DNA from: Schizochytrium sp. TIO01
Lineage: Eukaryota > Protista > Bigyra: Labyrinthulomycetes
Assembly (NCBI GenBank): GCA_004764695.1
Contig: SMSO01000032.1
Span: 5,550,483-5,614,482 of the forward strand
Length of the DNA stretch: 64,000 nucleotides
Direction of reading: 5' to 3'
Part shown: positions 55,648 through 64,000 of the stretch, in pieces
Layout: each line of letters begins with the position of its first letter
Position numbering within the stretch: the first letter of the stretch is position 1
Program-made: the position numbers and the translations under genes
The notes under the pieces: model-generated
Told to the model about the DNA's origin: nothing
Database searches by the model: none
Seen by the model: the letters and a program-made list of their open reading frames with translations, nothing else

Positions 55648-58600
55648 GCTTTTGCGTCCACGCGGTCAGCCAGTCTCCTCGTCTTGCTGTGCTCGAGCTC
55701 TGCCGCGCTTGCTATGGGTTGGGTTTGGGTTCTGCTGGCCAAGGCCTGGCTGGGTTCTGCCTCTGCAGGCTGCTCTGCTCTATTGATCCAATGCCTCCTG
55801 GCACGTCCTGAACGGGTCTGAGTTTCGAAGTGCACAGCGGTAGCCAACCCAGGTTTGTAGGTGCAGCGTCTGCCCAAATGCAGGAACTCCAAAGCTGTTG
55901 TAGAATGAATGAATGAATCCTTGAAGCCTAACCTTTGACGATTTTGTCACTGTCAGCCTGATCGCAGAAACAGGTGTGTACTACAGAAAACAGTAGCAGT
56001 ACACTAGTCTGCCACCCCAGAGGAGTAATGCGCGGAAGTACGAAATGAAAAGGGAAGAAAAAAGCGCACTTTCCTAACGACCGTTAACTGAGTCCTAAGC
56101 AGACCAACCTTGTTTTTTGTTTTCTGTAGTGGAAGTACTAAACAATGTTTTGATCATGAAAAGTTAGTTTTCATCTCAAGTTGCATTCTTACGATGCCTT
56201 GCGTCTTCAAAATCACGCTAGGCCGTCGAGGCTGAAGGCTGGGCCTGGGAGCTCGCCTCGACTTGATCATTGCCAGATCTGGTCATGGTCTGCGAACCCA
56301 CGGTCCTCAAGTAAGTCTTGAATGTACTTATTGATATAAATAAATTTCACCAAGAATTCCCTGCAATTTCCAACCTAGAGGCCCAGTTAGACAGTACTCT
56401 AGCCAGGACTAGGGCCGGCGGGGCAGGCTGCTCAGCAGTCGAGCGCCATCATGAAAGTGAATGAACTGATTGTTCTGTCGCCAACACGGAAACAAGTTGA
56501 ACGAACAACTCCACTGCACTCACACAAGTACGCAGAATCCGATTGCCACACTGCTGCTACCAATACTAGTGGTGCCAGCTGCTGCTGCACGCGCGGAGCT
56601 TCGATCTAGGTCTTTCAGGCTCTCGTTATCGAGCGATACTAGTAAGTAAAATAACGCAGGTGCGCACTGTTTAAGGACAGCGCGTGTGTTTTGCCTCGAA
56701 ATCCGCGACGGCTGTCATGAAATGAAAAGGCAACCAAAGTTATGGTCGATAGTTGTGATGCTGACCAGATAAGATGATTTATAAGGAGTAACCTCTGGGT
56801 AATGAGAGTGAGACGATCAACTACCGTGATCATGGGTACTAAGATAAGTAGTTTATTCACAAACTGATGGGCTAGGTTACAATAGGTCAAGAAAGTATCT
56901 TCAGGGCGATGAGTGAGCGCAATTGAAGTCTTGACGGAGCTGCAGTTCGGAATGCAACAACGACAGGATACTCCTAAGCAATTTCTTCAAATGCAGCAGC
57001 GCTTTTCACAAATCTGCCTGCATCGAGGGAAGTAAGAACTTGATTTTTTAGTGCTTTGGTATCAGGTACCTACCTACTTCGGTAAATTAATTATTGAGGA
57101 CACAATGGGTACTATGGGGGTCTTGAAGGAAGTGAATGCTAAGCGAGGCCGTAAAGCAGATGAACGAGACCTGGAGATTATTTCGTTCTCACACTTTGTC
57201 ATATCAATGATAAACAAGAATTAACCATGATTGGCTCCGACTCACGTGTCGATGCTTCACGCGATAGCATTGACGCACCTCGAATAGTACTATACCGCAT
57301 TATCGCCAGCATGATTATCAATGGTGGTAGTGATGATGATGATGATGACTGCGCTTATAACTTGAAGGTTGATACGCCAGACAACAGTAGAAGTGAAGGG
57401 TAGGTACCTCGTTCGAGTTTGCCGTTGTTTACAACTTGACGAACTTGAATGCAAAACACAACAACGCCCTCAGCAGCCTGATCAACGGACTCGATTACTT
57501 CTTTTCTGTCGTGTCTTGCAGAAGCAAAAAGTGCCAATTACTTGAACATCCGGAATGGATTTGATCGAAAAGCAATTCAAGTTGTAAGCAGCGCTTAGTA
57601 GGTACCAAAAATAAACGCACTGGTGGCTGAGCCACAATGGTGACATCTTGAGTTTTCACTGTACAATGTGCACATCTCCGCTCGAGTACTCAATTAATTG
57701 GCCGGGAACCTCGTGGGTGCCACAGGATCCAGTCCCGTGGCTCGTTCGACCGACGTTGTATCCCAAGTCTTTACGATCTTCAAAACTTGCTGAAAGTAAT
57801 GACCTACGGGATTCTTGCGCTAGCTTTGAGAGTGAACTATCTTAAATCTGGTAGTAAGCCCAAATACTCAGCCTATCTATGTAGTATATCCTCTTTACTA
57901 AGAAGTTGTTTCGTTTCGTAGCATATCCTCGGATTCTTCCTCAGGTTGATGTGTTTTGACTTGAATTTTAACACAAGCCAGGGATCGATTGATAGGAGTC
58001 GCCTATGTCTCACAAGAGTACCTACACTTACTCTGAAGTCGTCGAGCAAGATACTCCTAAACACGAAAACTTTGCACTTCACAAGATGGCAGAAGCCTAC
58101 GTGAGAGGCATCCTGGCTTTCGATCAATGTGCTGTGACTCTCTATAGGAATGAAATGGAGCGAAGTAGTACTTTGTTTTGACGTACTATGGTACATGCAT
58201 GTTGATTCTGAGAACGAATCTTGGCAGCTTTGAAGACACAATTTGAGAGCGCTACGCAAAGCAAGGTAAAAAGTAAATATGAAAATAGGCCTTCATGCAT
58301 GCCATGAGCGGCTAGGCCTCTACGGAAGTTTGTATAAAAAAAAACAATGTTGTATCAAAGCTCATGCATCTGCAGAGCTTGGGGATTCTACAAGCGAGCT
58401 CACAAAGTTTCGGCACAATGATTTATTTTGATTTTGACCCTTTCTTCTTTGAAAAAAGGAAAGAGAGAAAATTGAAAATATCTGACAAAGCCAAAATTTT
58501 CCATCAGGTATACACAAGAAAGAACACTATTCGCTACGTTGCAGAAATCACCTTCTCAAACTTTCATGCCTTTGCAAACATTGTGACCACCTTGAACTAT

Positions 58601-58860
58601 GTCAATAAACAATAAGAAGACATTCTTTTGTGTTGAGGAAAAAAAAAGAAAAAAAAGAGAAAAAGTGAACCACAACACTGACATAAAGGAAAAAGAAGAG
58701 CTTTGGCGAGGAGATCAAAACACTACTACTACAATCTTGCGAATTCGAACGAGCGCGCGAGCATCGCACAACTCGGTTTGTCAACGCAAAAAAGGGTAGA
58801 CCTGGAAGCGAAGCAAACTTATCTACGAAAGCAGAGTTACAAAACACAAGTCGAGACGTG

Positions 58861-59488
58861 ATGGAGGCGCAGATTGTGCAGATGGCTGCCTGGGCAGTCC
58901 GCGGCAGCGAGGAGATGCCACGACGCGTAGAGCGCATCCAGGGCCAGGCTGCGGCGTCGTCTCAGGTAGGTTGATATCAAAATGGAGTTTTGGCTCGCTG
59001 CATCTTGCAAACTGACCTTGATTCAATCATTTTGGAGCGTTTTCTTGCGCATTCATGTATTCATGTGTTTACAGCATGCCAATGCCGCGTACGATCGTCT
59101 TGAACGTGTCATGAATATAAGAAAAGGCCGTGGGAGAGCCACCACAGGTTCACCTGAGACTAACATCCGAGGTGTGCGTGAGTTGGCTTCTCAAGCGTTT
59201 AGTATCTGCCAGGAAGCGTGCACTGAGGAAGGCCCACGTGAAGAGATGCGCCAAGCACGCCACCAAGCCGGCATCGATCGAGCTCGGGCAAAGGTACAGG
59301 AGTTCACCAATGTTAGCGAACTTCGAGATCAAGTACGGGAGCTTGAGGCAGAGGTTCGACGTAAAAAGGAAGCCCAGGCTCTGCGTATGCGCATGCGCGA
59401 GTTAGAAGCCCAACTTGCCCTCTTAGAGGCAAATGACACGTCGAACAGCACCAAAGGTAAAACAGCCCAAGATGACTCGATGTATTAG
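58861..59488 (+). CDS. Two-exon coiled-coil protein (172 aa); exons 58861-58965 and 59075-59488
   Basis: ATG 58861 opens 35 codons ending CAG|GTAGGT. Phase-0 109-nt intron ends tgtttacAG| and joins in frame to HANAAYDRL.... Heptad C-terminus VSELRDQVRELEAEVRRKKEAQALRMRMRELEAQLALLE. Confidence 0.8.
58966..59074 (+). other. Spliceosomal GT-AG intron, 109 nt
   Basis: Donor GTAGGT, T-rich body, candidate branch CTGAC, acceptor TTTACAG; splicing preserves the frame. Confidence 0.8.
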
Positions 59489-59897
59489 ATTGTATTCCTA
59501 TTTTATGTAACATATTGCTTAGATTAGTTTGTCCACTTTCTTGATGATATGGACTTTTATTTCTGAGTCACTTCTCGAAAATAAGTTAAGAAACTGATGA
59601 GGGCGAACTTGAAAAGCTCACAACATCTTTTTGTGAACGTAACTTCAGCAAGCATATCAAAATTGAAATATGAAATATTGATTATTTTACTTGGACGATG
59701 GTGCAGTTTGTGGATGGCCAAGTATGCAAGGAAAGTTCGTGTGTTCCAAAAAGCTGTCAGAAAACAGAAAGCGTTAGCAAGATATATACTTGTGAGCATT
59801 TAAACAGTACATTGTTAGAAACTGTCGTAGAAAATGGCAAAAAATTACGTTAAAGTAAAACATATTGTGTGTCTCTTTAGAATCCAATGGGGGTAGC

Positions 59898-61409
59898 TTA
59901 CTCGCTCGGGTCGTCAAGCATTTGAAGGAGCTTGTCGGCGTAGGCGCTGGAATAATACTCGACAACAGCTTGCGGGTAGCATGCACTAATGGAGTCAATG
60001 ATCTCGGTGAGTTCGCCGCCCACCGTCTCGCGGAGCTCCTGTACGAGCTGAAGACCACCGCTTTGCACGAAGGAGCGTTTTGCCATACGGTCGTTTGGAA
60101 GTACTTTGGCAAACTGTGCCAAAATATACTTGACAATGTTTGTCGGCGCCTCGCGCATGAGGGGCTCGAGAGCGTTAAGAGCAGTGCACTTCTTAATGAT
60201 TGCCTTGAGCGCACGTTTTCCCTTGACTTTGAGGTCTTCGGAGGACTCGGGTGACATGTACACAGCGAGCAGACGGCGCAGGACGTCAGCATCGGCAATG
60301 GCCTGGGCGTGATCTGGAGTATGACGACCAACCTGACCGAGCGACCACGCAGCAGCGGCCTTAATGTGATCCTCAGGCTCGTGAATGAGTGCATCCTTAA
60401 GCGGCTCGACACCCTTTGATACGATGACAGCAAGCGCAAGTGTTTCTGAAAATGCAGAAATGTATCCAAGAGCCATGATACCCGGGAGGCGGATGTTGCC
60501 CTTCGAGTTTGCCACATAGTCAACAAGAGCGGCAGCACCACCCGCGTTGACAATGAGCTTTGCAAGCTCCGGGGTATGCTTAGCAACCTCACGAATGCAA
60601 GTGGCAGCATTCTTCTGCACAAACTGGTCATCATCCTGCAAGCAAGTGAGGATGTTCGGGAAGATCTCAGCCTCTACAACCATCTCAGCAAGGTCAACGG
60701 AGTGCTTGGAAATTTGAGCCAAGCAGCCGCACGCCTGTCGCTTGAGCTTGGCATCATTATGTGCAATTAAAGGAGCAAGGTATGGGACGGCACCACAATC
60801 CACCACAGCTTGAGCAAGTTCCGGGGAATGCTTGCAGATATCGGAGAGAGACGATGCACAAATACGCTTTAGAGAGAGCTCAGGTTCTTGAATGCAAAGA
60901 ATTAGCAATGGGACTGCACCAGAGTCCACCACTGCAGTGGCGAGTTCTGCAGTGTGACCGGCGATGTACCCAATGGCCCAGGCCGCAGCTTCTTTCACAC
61001 TGGCGTCGAACTCTTCGAGACAATTACAGAGCGATTCTAGAGCACCAGCGTCAACAACAGCATGAGCGAGCTCTGGGGAGTGTTTTGCCACCGAACGGAG
61101 AACAAAAGCCGCCGCCTTTTTGTAGAACCGGTTCTGCTCTGACAAAGAGTATACAAGCTGTGGCAAAATTTCGTTGGAAACAACTGCCTCGGCAAGGTCG
61201 TCGGAGTAGTTGGCGAGTCTGCCAAGTGCCAAAGCCGCCGTTTGCTGAATGCTCGGAACGTTGTCGAGAAGGAGTGGGCGGAGAAGCTGCATAGCACCAG
61301 CATTCTGCAAAAGCTCAATGTTTTGAGGCCGTGTAGCCATATCTGCCACGGCCTGCGCGAACTGTTGTCGCGACTTTTGGTACTCTTCAAACACTTGAAT
61401 AGCCTGCAT
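59898..61409 (-). CDS. SPAG6: Sperm-associated antigen 6 / PF16, armadillo-repeat axonemal central-pair protein (503 aa)
   Basis: QVFEEYQK..QFAQAVADMATRPQNIELLQNAG, LLRPLLLDNVPSIQQTAALALGRLANYSDDLAEAVV, EQNRFYKKAAAFVLR, ARM repeats. First ATG at 61409. Confidence 0.97.
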   Translation of the reverse strand: MQAIQVFEEYQKSRQQFAQAVADMATRPQNIELLQNAGAMQLLRPLLLDNVPSIQQTAALALGRLANYSDDLAEAVVSNEILPQLVYSLSEQNRFYKKAAAFVLRSVAKHSPELAHAVVDAGALESLCNCLEEFDASVKEAAAWAIGYIAGHTAELATAVVDSGAVPLLILCIQEPELSLKRICASSLSDICKHSPELAQAVVDCGAVPYLAPLIAHNDAKLKRQACGCLAQISKHSVDLAEMVVEAEIFPNILTCLQDDDQFVQKNAATCIREVAKHTPELAKLIVNAGGAAALVDYVANSKGNIRLPGIMALGYISAFSETLALAVIVSKGVEPLKDALIHEPEDHIKAAAAWSLGQVGRHTPDHAQAIADADVLRRLLAVYMSPESSEDLKVKGKRALKAIIKKCTALNALEPLMREAPTNIVKYILAQFAKVLPNDRMAKRSFVQSGGLQLVQELRETVGGELTEIIDSISACYPQAVVEYYSSAYADKLLQMLDDPSE

Positions 61410-62728
61410 GATGGAGTTGGCTCGCCCGCTGGCCAATTCTTGGCGTAACCCTGCCTTGGCGAATAGCCTTGTCCCTTGTGATTCCTATTTGCAAGGACTA
61501 CTGCTGCCCCGCTCGTTTGCCGCACAAACCGAGCGTCCACGTCCTATGTTCGTATCTACGTCCTCTGCACGCAATAACGCGAGAACGAACTACGCCTACT
61601 CTGGCCTTTGCCTTATGGAATGACGGAACTTCAAGTCTTGTCTGCTTGGGTATGATTTCAAGTACTCTCTCTCTTTTGGGCTATAATGAGCAAGAGATGA
61701 TATCAACAACTATAGTGCAAAGAACAAAGCTAAAAATGAGAAGAACAAGAAAACATTTGGTTCTATAAAGCGAACCCAACTCTTTAGGAACTCAAAAACG
61801 TAAGAAATAGCGTGCTATTTTCCTAACAACGTTGCATGAAACATGGGAGTGTGCGCTTGTGCACTGAGCTGCATTCCCTTTGCACATGTCCTTTTGACCT
61901 CTTCCCTGCCTAGTCCCCTATAAGCAAGACTATTGAAGTCAACGGATCTGTGAGGTCTGTTTATGAGAATTGGGGTATTAAATATGAATATAAATTAGGG
62001 GTGGTGCTTCAATGATCAAGTTTCAACGGATCTTTCGATGTGACTATTTAGTGTTGTCCTTTTCAAACTAGAAGGCCAGACAGGCAGTATTGCATCGCGC
62101 GTGGAAAAAAAAGGAGGAGTTAGAGTGTGCGTTCTCAATCACAGTTGGTATGTAAAGTCACTATTGGCTCCGTTGAGAATCAAAAGAGTGTAGGTATTAA
62201 CTAGTTTAGAGCAAAAATACTATCTGCGAGCTGGTGTTAGAGAAACTCATGCGGTTGATATAGCCTTTAAGTAATAGGCAGGTATTCACTCTACATAAAA
62301 AGCTAACATCGACATCTGTCTATGTTTTCCTATACTCGTACCGCTGCTACTTGATCCATACAAGTAGTGCGCGCAATCTGTATTTGGTTCCTCTGTATTA
62401 TTGGTTTGCACTCCTTGATCGCCCTTTTATCAATCATATATGTATGCTCTTCCTTCCTTTAAAAGAGGGGATACGCATAGAACAGTTCAGAGTGCCAGGA
62501 AAGGCAAGCAAGAGCAAGGGTAACTGCGGCAGATACCTGGCTGGGAGGTGAGGGTCCCGTTAGATCAAGCTAGTCTTGCTTGGCCGGATTAGCCAGGCAA
62601 ACTTGTACACGTGGCACTGAAGGATCCCGAACGACCCTGGGGTTAACGTCCAGCCGCCTGTATAGTTTGACATCTGAACAGAATTATAATTCTGCTGTGC
62701 CGCTATTTGAATAGCGTCACTTTGCGTG

Positions 62729-63919
62729 ATGCCTGAGTCAGGCGACGACAATGAAGGCAGAGGTTCGCCGGCAGGCCTCCGAGGTCTAAATAGCTTTAGT
62801 AAGGGTCTAGGCACTTCGTTTCGCAGCCAGATGAGGCGCCAGATGCAATCCCCGCCTCCATCGCAACCAATGTCTCCTCAGGCTGGGAGCATTTACGAAG
62901 ATATTGAAACTGATGTTAACCCCAAAGATGAGATGACCAAAGCCGTAGCACTGGAAGGTGGTTATGCTCGCCTATTGAATGGAGAAAACTTTTATCCGCT
63001 CATCTCTGGAGTACTGGCTGTGAAAGTCGTACACGGAGAGTTAGTACATGGAGTTTACCAAGAAAATAACCTTATTATTGTTCGGATTCGCGTCCGTAAC
63101 TCAATCAAGTACACTGACCAAGCCAAATACTGGGGGTCTAAACTAACGTGGGCAGCCATGTCATATTTTCCCATGCACATAGTTCATAATCCGCGACATC
63201 CATTCAATTTGGTACAAATCGATGTGTTACAAATTCCTGCCCACCAGTCTTTTTCTATGGCAACGAAAGACCCCGCAAACATCATTGGGTCAATTCCATT
63301 TCATGTGCACGATCTTGTGCGAGGATCGCCCAGCAATGGAAACTACACTGTTATGCAGAATCACCGGAACGTGGGATCTTTGACGCTTGAATTCTACTTT
63401 ACATACGGTAGCTTAGGATTTGGCTACTCTTCACAGATGAACTCTGAAGAATCACCAGAAACAATACTAGAATATTCAATGCTGCCTCGGTGCAAACCAG
63501 AAGCACATTGCGACGATTGGAGTCAGACGCTTTCCGTGCCGAGCCGCGAAGCTTATGGCGAAATTCTCGACGAAAAAACCCACAGGAAAAAATTTCCCCT
63601 TGTCCATGCACGCATGAAACGATTTTACGAATTACGAGAGCACTATAAAGATATTGATCAGCACTCACGGATCGACCGGCTTGTCTTTCTCCATAAACAG
63701 CTCAATGACACAACCTTGAATGAATCAAAATGCACCCCCCCTGTGTTTGACCATGTTATGGAGGTGACGTCTACTAAAGCACCTTCCTTCTTTCAAAAGT
63801 TCATGCGTCCAACAATCCCAATTCAAGTCGAAAAAGCGAGACATTCAATTGGGGGTTCTCCCCTCGATGGATCACAGTCTCGTTCTAGTGGACATCATTA
63901 TAGTGATGATATTGTCTAA
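62729..63919 (+). CDS. C2-domain protein of the C2CD6/ALS2CR11 (CatSper-tau) family (396 aa)
   Basis: C2-like strands SGVLAVKV...IIVRIRV...RHPFNLVQIDV...IIGSIPFHVHDLV, then LEFYFTYGSLGFGYSSQM and EYSMLPRCKP, which recall the family motif LEFxFxYGxFGYGxSxQ...SxFPR. Confidence 0.72.
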   Translation: MPESGDDNEGRGSPAGLRGLNSFSKGLGTSFRSQMRRQMQSPPPSQPMSPQAGSIYEDIETDVNPKDEMTKAVALEGGYARLLNGENFYPLISGVLAVKVVHGELVHGVYQENNLIIVRIRVRNSIKYTDQAKYWGSKLTWAAMSYFPMHIVHNPRHPFNLVQIDVLQIPAHQSFSMATKDPANIIGSIPFHVHDLVRGSPSNGNYTVMQNHRNVGSLTLEFYFTYGSLGFGYSSQMNSEESPETILEYSMLPRCKPEAHCDDWSQTLSVPSREAYGEILDEKTHRKKFPLVHARMKRFYELREHYKDIDQHSRIDRLVFLHKQLNDTTLNESKCTPPVFDHVMEVTSTKAPSFFQKFMRPTIPIQVEKARHSIGGSPLDGSQSRSSGHHYSDDIV

Positions 63920-64000
63920 ATATGATTTTAATTTGTCTCACATTTATCCATACAAGTATTCAATGTTGGATTTCGATATGAACACGCATACAAACATGAA

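Noticed and set aside
59774-60634. 286-aa alternative-frame ORF overlapping SPAG6, and other 150-250-aa antisense ORFs over CDS (e.g. 51564-52313, 48327-48926)
   Set aside because: Shadows of codon bias in real genes, with no recognisable motifs
61831-61842. GTTGCATGAAAC as an RFX X-box between SPAG6 and the C2CD6-like gene
   Set aside because: Imperfect, too-short match, and RFX control of cilia is established mainly for animals
1-64000. tRNA, rRNA, CRISPR arrays, intact transposons or viral hallmark genes
   Set aside because: No cloverleaf with T-loop context, rRNA signature, regularly spaced repeats, or RT/transposase/capsid motifs were seen by eye; a covariance-model scan would be needed to exclude small ncRNAs

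Overview
Eukaryotic nuclear DNA, not prokaryotic. It has intron-poor genes, one clear GT-AG intron, many microsatellites, and flagellar genes (SPAG6/PF16 and a C2CD6/CatSper-tau-like gene). The style suggests a flagellated protist, plausibly a thraustochytrid/labyrinthulomycete stramenopile (inference only). The window has two halves. About 1-31.8 kb is a gene desert of alternating GC-rich, codon-like relics and AT-rich/microsatellite tracts, holding only a 64-aa small ORF (-) and one ~550-aa orphan ORF (+). About 31.9-64 kb is gene-dense with ten genes: a LIM-PH-CaaX protein (-), a membrane-anchored AIFM2/FSP1-like oxidoreductase (+), a PH/EF-hand-like/helical-repeat protein (-), an F-box/SNF2/RING helicase (+), a bacterial-type glycyl-tRNA synthetase (-), an RGG-RRM protein (+), an ABHD1-3/YheT hydrolase (-), a two-exon coiled-coil protein (+), SPAG6/PF16 (-) and a C2CD6-like C2 protein (+). 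All genes alternate strictly in strand, forming head-to-head pairs. Most notable are the SPAG6-C2CD6(CatSper-tau) divergent pair, the strict strand alternation with a recurrent GTAGGTAC motif in divergent gaps, several unusual domain architectures, and the 23-kb desert. All domain calls are from motif recognition by eye; no searches were run. No rRNA, tRNA, CRISPR or intact transposon was recognised.
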